Of a stretch of DNA of 64,000 nucleotides, positions 36,516 to 47,117 are shown piece after piece (within the stretch, counting starts at the first letter, position 1; each line of letters starts with the position of its first letter). The translations under genes were made by a program, and so were the position numbers. The notes under the pieces are model-generated. The model had not been told where the DNA came from, did no database searches, and worked only from the letters and a program-made list of their open reading frames with translations. The stretch comes from Candidatus Aenigmatarchaeota archaeon (GTDB lineage: Archaea; Aenigmatarchaeota; Aenigmatarchaeia; CG10238-14; SCSR01), in assembly GCA_016187385.1 (NCBI GenBank), contig JACPJU010000001.1, positions 204,010-268,009 on the forward strand, given 5' to 3'.

Positions 36516-37062
36516 GGATTTCCGTTTTCCTTATTTCGAAATTCCTTATAGGATAGATTGACCTGCCTGTCTTGATGATTTTATTTTTGATTTCGCTGGA
36601 AAGAACCCTTTGTATGAATTCATTCAGCGTTGAGCTTTCGACTTCCTTTTTCACTAAAGCAGAAACAAACTCTCTTATTTTCACCTCTATGCTACTCTTA
36701 GCCTTTTTCGGAATTATGACCAGGCTCTTGACGCGGATTTTCACATTATCGTGAGTCTTGAGATCCTGGACGGAATCTATCCTTCTTATTCTCCTCAGCA
36801 CCATTCGAGATATATAGTCCTGCAGGCATTCTGAACCGTCGAATTCTGTGTGAACATTGGTCCCGTTGACTGATGTGATTTTCAAAAAAATCTTCAGATA
36901 ATATTTGTTCAGATCATTGGTCAGTTCTGTTGCGTTCAGTGCGATTCTTTTGCCGACAAGGTTTTCAGGCACGCTTGATACGGTTTGTGTTATGGCCTTC
37001 TCATCGAAAATTTTAGGCGCCAATACAGTGAACCATTGTTTTCCTTTTAGTTTTGTCGCCAA
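36478..37062 (-). CDS. rps3ae: Ribosomal protein S3Ae (S1e)
   Basis: KGKQWFTVLAPKIFDEKAI conserved N-terminus. Confidence 0.85.
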   Translation of the reverse strand: MATKLKGKQWFTVLAPKIFDEKAITQTVSSVPENLVGKRIALNATELTNDLNKYYLKIFLKITSVNGTNVHTEFDGSECLQDYISRMVLRRIRRIDSVQDLKTHDNVKIRVKSLVIIPKKAKSSIEVKIREFVSALVKKEVESSTLNEFIQRVLSSEIKNKIIKTGRSIYPIRNFEIRKTEILREPLSAESRKG

Positions 37063-37067
37063 TCAAT

Positions 37068-37544
37068 CTACCATTTCTGAATTATAAGCCTTGCCTTTTC
37101 TGGGTCGTACTTCCACGATTTCGGAAGTTTGTTCTCCCTTATGTAGTACTTGGTGAGACGTCTTATCTTTGACTCGAGATTCTGAAGGCCTCGCTTGGAG
37201 TGCTTGTCGCTCTTGTTCAAGCCCAGATGTGCCCTCAAAACAACTGCTTTCCTTAACATAAACATCAAGTCTTCTGGAATCTCAGGATAATAGCCATTCT
37301 CCTGCATTATCTTGCTTATTTTCCTGCCTGTTATTACACTGCTTGTTGGTATTCCATAAGCGTCCCGGAGGATTGTTCCTATTTTCGCGGACGGGTACTT
37401 TTGCTTGGCCAACTCAACTACAAGACCCTCAACATCCTTTTTCTCTTCCTTTACCCATTTTGGGACTGTCTTGAACGGCGGCTTGTGGCTACCGCTTGAA
37501 CCCTTTTTTCCAGAATATATTCTTGCCATGATTTCACTATTCAA
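37068..37544 (-). CDS. rps15: Ribosomal protein S15 (S13e)
   Basis: MARIYSGKKGSSGSHKP...PKWVK...IGTILRDAYGIP...RLTKYY pattern. Confidence 0.85.
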   Translation of the reverse strand: MNSEIMARIYSGKKGSSGSHKPPFKTVPKWVKEEKKDVEGLVVELAKQKYPSAKIGTILRDAYGIPTSSVITGRKISKIMQENGYYPEIPEDLMFMLRKAVVLRAHLGLNKSDKHSKRGLQNLESKIRRLTKYYIRENKLPKSWKYDPEKARLIIQKW

Positions 37545-37575
37545 TTGTTTTAGAAAAACTTATATTTCTTTAGCT

Positions 37576-38211
37576 TTAAAAAGATACTTCCCGATTCATA
37601 TACCTTGCCCTCTGTTCTATTTCTTTCAACTGTTTTAACGCAGCATCAGAACTTTTAAATTCTTCATTATAGCCTGACAAGATGTTTTCCCATATAACAG
37701 AGAAATTCTTATAGTGTGTTGACATAAGAGCCTCTCTGAATAGTTTCAAATCCACTCCTTTGTCCTCTATCCTGTTGGTAGACTCACCCAAACTCAAATC
37801 AATGAAGTAAACTTTTCCATCCTTCAAAATCATGTTAGAAGTTGTCAAATCACCATGAACTACATTGTTACTGTGCATTTTGCCTATCTGTTTTCCCAGC
37901 TCAAAGCAGATCGACCTTATTTCTTCCAATGAAGACGAATTTAGGAACTCTTTCAGTCTTACGCCGTCAACATATTCCATTATTATCCTGTTGTCCTTCT
38001 CGTCCACCTTCAATATCTTCGGTGTAAGGATTCCTAGTTTACGGACTTCCGTCAATAATTTTATTTCCTTTCTTGTCCGGGATTTTCTCAACTGCCCGTC
38101 CAATCGCTCGATTCTGTAATTCTTTTTGATTCTTTCCTTGACGATGACTTTTTCATTCTGGAAGTCGTCCAAGTATATCTTGCTTTCAGCGCCTTGGTAG
38201 ATTAGTTGCAT
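37576..38211 (-). CDS. bud32: Kae1-associated kinase Bud32 (KEOPS subunit)
   Basis: LIYQGAESKIY...KERIKKNYRIERLDGQLRKSRTRKE...HGDLTTSNMIL kinase core. Confidence 0.8.
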   Translation of the reverse strand: MQLIYQGAESKIYLDDFQNEKVIVKERIKKNYRIERLDGQLRKSRTRKEIKLLTEVRKLGILTPKILKVDEKDNRIIMEYVDGVRLKEFLNSSSLEEIRSICFELGKQIGKMHSNNVVHGDLTTSNMILKDGKVYFIDLSLGESTNRIEDKGVDLKLFREALMSTHYKNFSVIWENILSGYNEEFKSSDAALKQLKEIEQRARYMNREVSF

Positions 38212-38249
38212 AAATTAAAGGCTGTAGTGAGATATTTAAATTTAGTGAT

Positions 38250-38780
38250 ATGAGAATCAGATACGACTGGAAATTCTATTCCTTCATTAGCTTGCTGATT
38301 TTGGGCATGATGATTTTGGTACTAGGAAAAATTTTCCTTTTTATTTTGATTGTCGTGTTGACCTTGGTTGTATCTTTATTGCTTAGGTTCTTCCAACCCT
38401 TAAAATATATCGGAATAGAATTGGTCACTTTATCAACATTTCTCATAGGAATTGCCTATGGTCCTGTTGTCGGTGGATTATACGGATTTTCTGCGCTTCT
38501 TCTGCATTTCATAATAGGCCATTACTACATTGGACACTATGTCATCTGGGTTATACCCGAATATGTTTTAATTGGTGTTTTTTCTGGCATTCTTCAAAAT
38601 CAGATAATCGGATTTATCGTGCCCATAATCATTATTTTAAACTTGTCAAACTTGTTCCTGACATTCCTGACAGACCCCGAAAGAGCAGGAAAGCATATTC
38701 CTTATGTAATAGGAAATACGGCAATCAACTCGATAATCGCCCTTCAGTTTTTCGAGCAAATACTTGGATTTATTGCATGA
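38250..38780 (+). CDS. Hypothetical polytopic membrane protein
   Basis: 176 aa, 5-6 TM helices. Confidence 0.4.
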   Translation: MRIRYDWKFYSFISLLILGMMILVLGKIFLFILIVVLTLVVSLLLRFFQPLKYIGIELVTLSTFLIGIAYGPVVGGLYGFSALLLHFIIGHYYIGHYVIWVIPEYVLIGVFSGILQNQIIGFIVPIIIILNLSNLFLTFLTDPERAGKHIPYVIGNTAINSIIALQFFEQILGFIA

Positions 38781-39731
38781 CTAGACATCAGTTAATCCGT
38801 TTTCTGTAATTCTGAATACTGTCTCGCCTTCGACCAGGTTTGGTGCATCTATCATTCTCGCAATTCTTGTTCCTTCTTTACCACGCCTTAGATAAAGACG
38901 GTATGTTGCGGCATGTGCAAGGACATGACCCCCTATAGGAACCGTCGGGTCGCCAAATAATATATCAGGCCTTGACATGACTTGATTTGTGATATAGACT
39001 GCGATGTTGTAAGCATCGGCCAATCTCTGCAATTGATGCAGATGCTTGTTCAATTTTTGCTGCCTGCCAGCCAGTTCACCTCTTCCGACAAAATCAGCGC
39101 GGAAATGAGACGTTAAAGAATCAATAACTATCAGCTTTACTTTTTTCTCCTCTATCATTTCAGGAGCTTTCTCAACCAGAAGTATCTGATGTTCGCTATT
39201 GAAAGCCCTGGCAACAAAAATATTTCTCAAAACTTTTTCAGGCTCCAATTTCAACGCCCTTGATATCTGCACTATTCTCTCAGGGCGGAATGTATTTTCA
39301 GTATCGATAAAAAGGCAAGCACCGTCCAAACCGCCTTTGTCTTTCGGCATCTGAACAGAACATGACAATTGGAATCCTAATTGGCTCTTTCCTGAACCAT
39401 ATTGTCCGTAAGCCTCTGTTATAGCCTGCGTCTCGATGCCTCCACCAAGAAGGTTATCCAGATTCTTGCTTCCGGTTATTATCTTTGCGACGGTTGTTCT
39501 TTTTTCCAGAATCTTGTCTGCGGTTTCATAGCCTATATCAAGTTTTTCCCTCACAGTGCTTATTATCTTGGCGGCAGTCGCCTCTCCTATGTCCGCGATG
39601 TTGGCCAATTCAGTTGGAGAAGAAACAGCAATGACCATAGGGTCGGCATAACCTATGTTTTTCAATTTCTCAACAGTCTTTTCACCGACACCTGGTATGT
39701 CTTCCAAATTTATCTGGGTTTTTTTAGCCAC
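38781..39731 (-). CDS. radA: DNA repair and recombination protein RadA
   Basis: HhH N-terminus ([12 protein letters not shown]), Walker [10 protein letters not shown], RecA core. Confidence 0.9.
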   Translation of the reverse strand: MAKKTQINLEDIPGVGEKTVEKLKNIGYADPMVIAVSSPTELANIADIGEATAAKIISTVREKLDIGYETADKILEKRTTVAKIITGSKNLDNLLGGGIETQAITEAYGQYGSGKSQLGFQLSCSVQMPKDKGGLDGACLFIDTENTFRPERIVQISRALKLEPEKVLRNIFVARAFNSEHQILLVEKAPEMIEEKKVKLIVIDSLTSHFRADFVGRGELAGRQQKLNKHLHQLQRLADAYNIAVYITNQVMSRPDILFGDPTVPIGGHVLAHAATYRLYLRRGKEGTRIARMIDAPNLVEGETVFRITENGLTDV

Positions 39732-40748
39732 TCAATCGCCCACCATCAGTTCCAATTCATCGACTAATCTTTTACTCTCTTCCAAAGGATTTATAGTTTT
39801 AAAATCATTGACCATCATCTCAAGCCTGTTAAACAGCATATTCTTTTTAATCTTACCTGTCATCATAGCATCATTACCAAGCATGCGGCTGTTCAGCAGC
39901 TCGTATCTTCTATCAGGCTCCAATTCATGGAGTTCGCCCGACGTTACACCGCAGAACTTTTCAGCAGTTTCTCTAAACAAGACGCATCTCAAGTCTCCTG
40001 TACCGTCGTCGATCAGAAAAGAGAATACGAATGCCGGACTCGGTGCGACATCTCCGTGTTCAATGCACTGCTTGTTTTCTGTTTTGGTTCCGCACATTGG
40101 ACAGACGTCGAACAAGTAATTCCCTTTGAATATGCTTACTATCGTGCCTTTTATTTCAAAAATCCCTCCAGTAGCAACATCAGAGATTGACGTTTTTTCC
40201 GGCATGTTAGTCATAAATCTTCTAGACAATTCTTCAACAGGAGGCAATTCTACAAAATCTTCGACATTTGCAATAGCACCGAATTTTCCAAGGGAAATCT
40301 CAACATCACCAAATACATTCTCCCGCACCATGGCATTGTTGATTCTAACTATGTCGCCCATGGAAATCACGCCTTCCTCAAGAAGCTTGACCTGTTCGTC
40401 CCACAAAGGAAGTCTTATATGGCTTGATTCGTCGCCTAGAAAAACATTGGCGACTTTTCCTGTTTGCCCATTCGATTTCTTGAATTCATTTATTTTCGAT
40501 ATCTTGAATATTCTGCCGACAAAAGATATGTTCTTCATTCCAGAAACTATATTTTTGATTGTCATCCCGTTTCCATAATTTTCCGATATATTCACTCCAA
40601 ATTCTTTTGCCACCAAGTACAAAGCACCTTCCTTAGTTATAAGGTTCTGCATCTCACCATACTTTTCATTTACTAGCTTTAGAATCTCATCTTCTTTTAG
40701 GTTGGACTTCGACCCCATTTCTTTGACAAGATTTTCGAAGGAACTCAT
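39732..40748 (-). CDS. Replication protein A-like ssDNA-binding protein with Zn-ribbon
   Basis: Two OB-fold-like blocks and CPMCGTK...CIEHG zinc motif; syntenic with radA. Confidence 0.65.
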   Translation of the reverse strand: MSSFENLVKEMGSKSNLKEDEILKLVNEKYGEMQNLITKEGALYLVAKEFGVNISENYGNGMTIKNIVSGMKNISFVGRIFKISKINEFKKSNGQTGKVANVFLGDESSHIRLPLWDEQVKLLEEGVISMGDIVRINNAMVRENVFGDVEISLGKFGAIANVEDFVELPPVEELSRRFMTNMPEKTSISDVATGGIFEIKGTIVSIFKGNYLFDVCPMCGTKTENKQCIEHGDVAPSPAFVFSFLIDDGTGDLRCVLFRETAEKFCGVTSGELHELEPDRRYELLNSRMLGNDAMMTGKIKKNMLFNRLEMMVNDFKTINPLEESKRLVDELELMVGD

Positions 40749-40769
40749 TAGTTATCTATGCTGTTTAAT

Positions 40770-40982
40770 TTAAAAAATCTTTTTCCTGGACAATTTCACA
40801 TCTTCATATATTAATGTCTTTCTACCTGCATGCTTGGCCAGTTCAACGGCGTCCTTCGAGACTTCCAAAAGCCTTTCCTCCATCACAGAAGCAAATTCTT
40901 CCAGAGCGTCTTGAGACACTCTCCTGGCTCCTACCTTTTTCAAAATACGCTCAAACGGCAGCCTTGGTAGAATTTCGTCCAT
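40770..40982 (-). CDS. Archaeal histone (HMf family)
   Basis: 70 aa, [29 protein letters not shown]...[16 protein letters not shown] histone fold. Confidence 0.8.
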   Translation of the reverse strand: MDEILPRLPFERILKKVGARRVSQDALEEFASVMEERLLEVSKDAVELAKHAGRKTLIYEDVKLSRKKIF

Positions 40983-41013
40983 AATAGAATTTTAATTGCG
41001 GTTAATATAAAAC

Positions 41014-41250
41014 TTATTTTTCGTTGAATTCCTTTATTACCCAGACGACGATAAGGGTAGCTGTTGAAACGAACGTTGTCAAAGCACCCAACATGGCTAA
41101 AATCGCGCTTAAGCCTTTCGTGTTGATTATGCTAAGACCTATACCGGTAGAAAGAACCACCGCACCAATAAAGATAAACATCATGCTGTAATTTTCTACA
41201 GTCTCCAACTTGTTTTTTCCCTTGAGTCTTGACAAATATTGTTTCATCAT
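41014..41250 (-). CDS. Small membrane protein
   Basis: 78 aa, two TM helices. Confidence 0.35.
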   Translation of the reverse strand: MMKQYLSRLKGKNKLETVENYSMMFIFIGAVVLSTGIGLSIINTKGLSAILAMLGALTTFVSTATLIVVWVIKEFNEK

Positions 41251-41258
41251 AAAATCAT

Positions 41259-43358
41259 TTAGATTCTTGCCTTGAATATCTTAACCTCTGGATTCGCATA
41301 CACGAGCTCGAAATTATCCAGACCTTCCCCGTTAAAGAAGAACATTCTCGTGAATACAGAATCCCTGATTGAAGGTTCCATGAAAAATACTGAGCTGAAG
41401 CTCGGATCTATCCAAATCATACCGTCTAGCGAGTTAGTCGTATTCAACTTTGAATGTGACATTTCGCCATTTTGATAAAACACAACATCGCTTACCACCA
41501 GGTTGCGGACTCCCTGTGCAGGCGAGTTTATTACAGCGAGCAAGTCAGTTCCGTTTTGTAAAAGCGTGACTGTTAGGCCGCCTTGAGCATATATCGGGAA
41601 ACCTTGTTTGTCTAAGTTGGAAAATGGTATTTGTATGTAGTTTTTCCCGTCGCATTGCCACTGGTTTCCTTTTGTAGAATTCCATAACTTCATGTCGAAA
41701 GTGCCAAAACAGCTCATCCAGTAATACTTTCCAATCAAATCATTTGTAGCCAGCATGTAAACTTCTGTCACATCTTTACACGCATCTTTAGGGACAATGT
41801 CGCCGAATGCCTTCTTGGATTGGTTGCATTGTTCGTCTGTCAGATGGGTATATTTCTTTATTATATCTATGGACTCGTCTTCATTATTTGTGGAAAAAAT
41901 TCTTCCCATATCTCTTATCCGTATATTGTGATTGTATGGTACGCATCCTCCGCAATGCGCACCATCGGCATGAGCCTTCAATCCTGTATAACCTGTTATT
42001 ATATGTCCGGGGTCCCACCATGTAGCTATCAGCGAATCTTTGTCTGCATTTTCCTTCAACCAGTCAAGCGCGTTATACCAATTCTGGCTAACGGCTAGTC
42101 CGGCTGATGCTTTGCCTATCTGGATTGCATTGGATACTGAAATGAATAAAAACACACCAATCAACGCAAATACAGTTGCAAACAATAGAGTGTTCCTATC
42201 TTTAAGGTAATTGAACAGGTTGCCGATTACATAGCCTGCAGCCGTTGATGACGCGACCATGAAGAAAAGCGAGAATCTTATCCCTGTTAGGATCAGGTAG
42301 AAAGTGACTAATGCCCACACGAACAGGAATATCTCAATGAAAGCAATTTTTTCATTTCTGTAAATTTTATAAAACGCCAATAAAGGCAAACCTATTAATG
42401 TAAAAATAGTTGGAAGCATACCAACCCTTTCTGTGACAGTGGAAAAACCGCTTTTAGAAAAGATGTCGATTACCTGCAGCTCTGCGACAGAGATGTTCAC
42501 GATAAGTCTCTCTCCAACCAAGCCAGTGAAACCTAATCCTCCCATTAGCGAGTGGAACATGGTGTTGAAACCCAAAAGAAATCCTATGATGTTGGTAACG
42601 AGGAAAATTATCAGAAGCGGTAACACTATGGACTTGATGTCAGGCACCAAATGATTGAAATGGAATTGTAATTTTTTCTGATGCCACATCTCCTCCAAAA
42701 GTCTGAAACCAAGGAATGCTGGAATGAATGCAAAGAACAAGAGCTGCGACAGCCAACCTGCCTCCCAGTTGTAAATGAACAAAAGATTTACAAACACTGC
42801 GATGATGTAGAATGGTATTCCCCTGAGTTTTCCTTTCGCGTGTTTAATCGCAAGGAATATCGTAAATATCGACATGAGCATGTAAAAAACAATCGGTGCG
42901 TCTGTGTCGGAATAGCCAGCCATGGAAACTCCTATGAAAATCGGGGCGGTGACTATAAACAAGGCCGCGGTAAGACCACCTAAGCTGTTGGAAAGTATTC
43001 TACCGAGCAGGAAAGCCGGAATAGGTATCAACGCCAACATTATCAGAGGCGACCACTTTGCCATTTGCATAAGGTCTATGTTGCTGGAGAAACTTTGCGC
43101 GAACTTGTATAGGAATGCAATTGTATACGGCCATCCCACGGAAACTTGCGTAGGTCTTCCTGGTGGGTAATATGTCAGCATGTCCCATGCCGGGATTTTG
43201 TAATCGTTTTCAACAATCTCTTTTGCATATCTGTAAAAATACCACGGGTCATAATCAAGGATTGTAGGTAGACTGAGCGTCGATGATCTTACATATACAC
43301 TCAAATAAATTATGAGAAGGAGGGACAGTACAACTAACGATGTGATTTTTATGTTCAT
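41259..43358 (-). CDS. aglB: Oligosaccharyltransferase AglB (STT3)
   Basis: 13-TM N-terminal domain and WWDPGH (WWDxG) motif. Confidence 0.85.
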   Translation of the reverse strand: MNIKITSLVVLSLLLIIYLSVYVRSSTLSLPTILDYDPWYFYRYAKEIVENDYKIPAWDMLTYYPPGRPTQVSVGWPYTIAFLYKFAQSFSSNIDLMQMAKWSPLIMLALIPIPAFLLGRILSNSLGGLTAALFIVTAPIFIGVSMAGYSDTDAPIVFYMLMSIFTIFLAIKHAKGKLRGIPFYIIAVFVNLLFIYNWEAGWLSQLLFFAFIPAFLGFRLLEEMWHQKKLQFHFNHLVPDIKSIVLPLLIIFLVTNIIGFLLGFNTMFHSLMGGLGFTGLVGERLIVNISVAELQVIDIFSKSGFSTVTERVGMLPTIFTLIGLPLLAFYKIYRNEKIAFIEIFLFVWALVTFYLILTGIRFSLFFMVASSTAAGYVIGNLFNYLKDRNTLLFATVFALIGVFLFISVSNAIQIGKASAGLAVSQNWYNALDWLKENADKDSLIATWWDPGHIITGYTGLKAHADGAHCGGCVPYNHNIRIRDMGRIFSTNNEDESIDIIKKYTHLTDEQCNQSKKAFGDIVPKDACKDVTEVYMLATNDLIGKYYWMSCFGTFDMKLWNSTKGNQWQCDGKNYIQIPFSNLDKQGFPIYAQGGLTVTLLQNGTDLLAVINSPAQGVRNLVVSDVVFYQNGEMSHSKLNTTNSLDGMIWIDPSFSSVFFMEPSIRDSVFTRMFFFNGEGLDNFELVYANPEVKIFKARI

Positions 43359-43387
43359 AAGAAAACCTTTCTAGTTGTGTGTTTAAA

Positions 43388-44119
43388 TCATTTCTCCTTC
43401 CTGTAGACTACGTCAAACACTTGAGAAAAGAAGTTAAGCGGTGTTTTGCACAATACCCTGTCCAGAATATCCAATTGTATATGAAATTTGTCGAAGGCCT
43501 TGCCTATAAGATTATTCACCCTGCTTGTTTGTGCTGGAACCAGAAACCTTCTCTTTATAGTGAACTCTTTTATTCCATTGGATGTGAGCAGATTCTTGAT
43601 TTGTTGTCTGGTGTATCTTATGTCATGCGACCATATTCCAAGTTTCCTCGCCGTGAATTCGTTGGAAGAATATTTGTTGGGTATGTTAAACATGAATCCT
43701 ATGCCGCCATCTTTCAAAATCCGTAGATTTTCCCTGATAAATTTTTGATCGCTGTCGACATGTTCTATCACGCCGAATGAAAATATTAAATCAAATTCAT
43801 TGTCATTGAATTTCAAATCCAGCGCATCCCCGACAAAATATTTAACATTGTATTTTTTGTAATAATTGTCCCATGATGTGAATTTGTTCAAATCAACACC
43901 GGTCACATCTGACGTAGGGTTTATTTGCTTTATCATTACGCCTGTCATTCCGCGTCCGCATCCGATGTCAAGAACTTTAAAGTTGTCCGATAGGAATTTG
44001 CTTATCTCGCTCACTTGCCTTTCGTATCTTATCCAATTCAAATTGCTGAGAACTCCGAACCCCTCATTATTCGAGGCTATGGAGTCTATTGAGATTTTTC
44101 TTATTTCCTTAAAATCCAT
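43388..44119 (-). CDS. Class I SAM-dependent methyltransferase
   Basis: VLDIGCGRGMTG motif I. Confidence 0.7.
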   Translation of the reverse strand: MDFKEIRKISIDSIASNNEGFGVLSNLNWIRYERQVSEISKFLSDNFKVLDIGCGRGMTGVMIKQINPTSDVTGVDLNKFTSWDNYYKKYNVKYFVGDALDLKFNDNEFDLIFSFGVIEHVDSDQKFIRENLRILKDGGIGFMFNIPNKYSSNEFTARKLGIWSHDIRYTRQQIKNLLTSNGIKEFTIKRRFLVPAQTSRVNNLIGKAFDKFHIQLDILDRVLCKTPLNFFSQVFDVVYRKEK

Positions 44120-44141
44120 ATAAATACCTATTTTGAAAAGT

Positions 44142-45326
44142 TTAATAACTTTTTTGGAGTTGTTTGGATATTAATTTGTTGTATATCTCCAAATGTCCCC
44201 TCACAGATTCATCCCATGTGAATTTCCTCGCATATGTTTTGGTGTTTTCACTGAACTTGTTGTATAATTGTTTGTCCTTGAGAAGCTTCACTATGTTCTG
44301 TCTTAATTGTTCTGGCTCTGCGGATGACAACAAACCAGTCTCGTTGTGGATAATCCTTTCAGGATGGGATCCGTTATTTGTAGCCACTGTAGGCACACCG
44401 CAAGCTGATGCTTCACCCAGCAGAAAGCAGAAACCATCAGATAATGCCGGACAGACAACAACGTCACATGCCTTATAGAAGTCCCCGGTTTCATCCTGAG
44501 GTATTTTACCCATATACACGACATTATCCTCGATACCCAGCTCATTTATCATGGGGCCTAAATCCTCAAAACCACTTCCTCCCAAAACCAGCTTAACATC
44601 ATGTATTTCATGTGAAACAAGTTTGACCACTTTCAACAAGGTGTGTATATTTTTCGCCTGTGTTGTTTTGTTGATATTCAGCCGCCCGAGATATCCTATT
44701 GTAGGATTGTTCTTCAGCTTGAATAGTTTCCTATAATCTTTGTTAACCGACTGCGGGAAACCAATCCCGTGAGGAATAACAGTTATCATGCTTTTAGGAG
44801 TGCCTTGTTTCACCAATGTTGATTTTGAATATTCTGACGGGCAGACAAACCAGTCGTAAGGTGCCTTCGCCATGATTTTTTCAACCAACGGGTAGCCGTA
44901 TTTTTCTAACATTGATTGGCCGACTTTTTTCCACAAGTCGCCGTACAATTCGTGACAGAAAAGGAGTGATGGTTTTCCCGCATACTTTGCTATAGCCCAC
45001 CCCAGAAATCCTGCAACCAGTGAATTTACCTGAATAACATCCATATCTCTTGCAAGTTTAATTGCCGGTATTATGGAAGTGAGTGAAAACGAGTGCCTTC
45101 CGGGAAAAAGATATCTGTCGGGATAAGATATCGGCACCCTGTGTATGTTGATACCATTCAAAGTCTCAGATTTGGTTGTATTGGATATTTTCGATGTGAC
45201 CCAATGAACTTCATGACCGAGTTTCACCAGTCCAGAACCTAGATTAACAACATAATTTTCAGCACCGCCCCATACAGGAGGTGCCAAGTCAGAAACTATC
45301 ATTACTTTCATGGTTCTCTTATACAA
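44142..45326 (-). CDS. Glycosyltransferase family 4
   Basis: C-terminal GT-B motif DGFCFLLGEASACGVPTVATN. Confidence 0.8.
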   Translation of the reverse strand: MYKRTMKVMIVSDLAPPVWGGAENYVVNLGSGLVKLGHEVHWVTSKISNTTKSETLNGINIHRVPISYPDRYLFPGRHSFSLTSIIPAIKLARDMDVIQVNSLVAGFLGWAIAKYAGKPSLLFCHELYGDLWKKVGQSMLEKYGYPLVEKIMAKAPYDWFVCPSEYSKSTLVKQGTPKSMITVIPHGIGFPQSVNKDYRKLFKLKNNPTIGYLGRLNINKTTQAKNIHTLLKVVKLVSHEIHDVKLVLGGSGFEDLGPMINELGIEDNVVYMGKIPQDETGDFYKACDVVVCPALSDGFCFLLGEASACGVPTVATNNGSHPERIIHNETGLLSSAEPEQLRQNIVKLLKDKQLYNKFSENTKTYARKFTWDESVRGHLEIYNKLISKQLQKSY

Positions 45327-45339
45327 AGTTGAAAGAAAG

Positions 45340-46311
45340 TTATTTAAGGGTTTCAGACCAGTAGTCTATGACTTTTTTCAATCCGTCATCCAGAGAAACT
45401 TTCGGCGACCATCCTAGCTTAGTTTTGATTTTAGTCGAATCCAACAGAATGAACGGCTGGTCGGAAATCAACGGTCTGTATGGATAACCTGGAGGGTATG
45501 AACCGAAAACGATTTTCGCTTGATCGAATCCTGTCTTCTCAGCGATTTTCAATGATATTTCCTTGTTCGTAAGACCGTTCCCTGTGCTTGCGTTAAAGAC
45601 ATCTCCGCGAGACTTTGGATTTTCGATAGCGTGAACATAAGCACTCACATGGTCATCAACGTACATGTAGTCTCTTATTGAATCCGGGGCTCCGATATAA
45701 ATCTTATTTCCTTTTATCATTTCAGTAACCAGATATTCAATCATGAAACTGTTGTCAAATTTCCTACCGTATGAATTGGTGGCCCGCATAACAGTACCAT
45801 TCAGACCATAACTGTCAACCATCATTCTTATGTACATATCTGCCGCGGCTTTAGAAACGGCATAAGGACTGCTTGGATTCAATATTGCATCTTCTTTGAC
45901 TGGTTGCTCATTTTGCATGCCGTATACTTCTGCAGTGGATGCTATTATAAGTTGTCTGTTCCTGAAATCAGGAAGTTCGAGGATAGAATGGGCTATGTTC
46001 ATCGTGCCTAAAAGATTCGCCTGTATGTATTCGAACGGTCTTTCAAATGACAACCTTACAGGTGACAAGGCAGCAAGATTCACGATAACATCAGGATTGA
46101 TTGACTTGAGTACATTCAGAGTGGACAGAAAACTGGTTATGTCTCCGTTTACCAAAGTCACATCGGTTAAGAATTCTTTGAAGACTCTCATATCCCTGCT
46201 TGGGACATGCTTAATCAAACCGTATATTTCGTGATTTCTTTTGACTAATTCCGATGCTAGGTGGCTCCCTATAAATCCTGTCACGCCTGTAATTAAAATC
46301 TTCTTTGTCAT
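45340..46311 (-). CDS. NAD-dependent sugar epimerase/dehydratase
   Basis: ILITGVTGFIGSHLA Rossmann motif, YxxxK. Confidence 0.8.
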   Translation of the reverse strand: MTKKILITGVTGFIGSHLASELVKRNHEIYGLIKHVPSRDMRVFKEFLTDVTLVNGDITSFLSTLNVLKSINPDVIVNLAALSPVRLSFERPFEYIQANLLGTMNIAHSILELPDFRNRQLIIASTAEVYGMQNEQPVKEDAILNPSSPYAVSKAAADMYIRMMVDSYGLNGTVMRATNSYGRKFDNSFMIEYLVTEMIKGNKIYIGAPDSIRDYMYVDDHVSAYVHAIENPKSRGDVFNASTGNGLTNKEISLKIAEKTGFDQAKIVFGSYPPGYPYRPLISDQPFILLDSTKIKTKLGWSPKVSLDDGLKKVIDYWSETLK

Positions 46312-47063
46312 CCGAGTCCCATCATCCTGAATTCTTCATCGGCTCGCATTATGTCCTTGACTGTGTTCACTGTTAGCCATTTCTCGTTCGAATTTAATTT
46401 GTAGGCCTTTAACACGCCTGCATCAGCCAATAAGGGAAATGTATTCTTCTCTATATGACCTTTTTCAGGAAGATAATCTTTTATTTTTCTGTTGAATACA
46501 TAAATGCCAGTACTTACAAATTTGTCGGTTATTATAGGCTTCTCCTTGAATCCTACTATGCTGTCTTCCCACAATTCTACGATGCCGAAGGGGGATTTCA
46601 ACGGGGAGATTGCTATTGTCGCCAAGGATTTGTTATCTAAATGTGATCCTATCATTTTTGTAAGATTCAGATTTGTAATTTCGTCGCCATTCATCGCAAC
46701 AAAATTCTCGTCTTTTACGTGTCTCTCAATCGCGAGCCTAAAACCTTCAGCAGTTTCACCTTCGACTGTATGCTCGCTTATCATTATGTTCAATCCAAAA
46801 TCATTGTTTTTTGCATAATCAATAACGACTTCCTTTTTGTATGCAACCCCAAGAACAACATTCTCTATATTATGAGACTTGAGCCATTTTAGAATCCAGT
46901 ACAATATAGGCTTGCCGTTTACTTCTATCATGCATTTTGGCTTGTCCGATGTTAACGGCTGCATTCTCAGGGACGCCCCACCGACGAGCAAAATAGCTGT
47001 CTTGACAGTATCTGACATATGAACCAAAGGGCACTTAACAAATATAAAGTTTATATTTCTCAA
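46308..47063 (-). CDS. Sugar-1-phosphate nucleotidyltransferase
   Basis: AILLVGGASLRMQPLT...KPKCMIEV G-rich motif; start probably internal (MSDTVKTAILL). Confidence 0.75.
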   Translation of the reverse strand: MRNINFIFVKCPLVHMSDTVKTAILLVGGASLRMQPLTSDKPKCMIEVNGKPILYWILKWLKSHNIENVVLGVAYKKEVVIDYAKNNDFGLNIMISEHTVEGETAEGFRLAIERHVKDENFVAMNGDEITNLNLTKMIGSHLDNKSLATIAISPLKSPFGIVELWEDSIVGFKEKPIITDKFVSTGIYVFNRKIKDYLPEKGHIEKNTFPLLADAGVLKAYKLNSNEKWLTVNTVKDIMRADEEFRMMGLG

Positions 47064-47117
47064 TGTGAAACTGTTCTGAGATGCATCTGTTAAGTTTCAG
47101 TATAGTTAAATTATAGT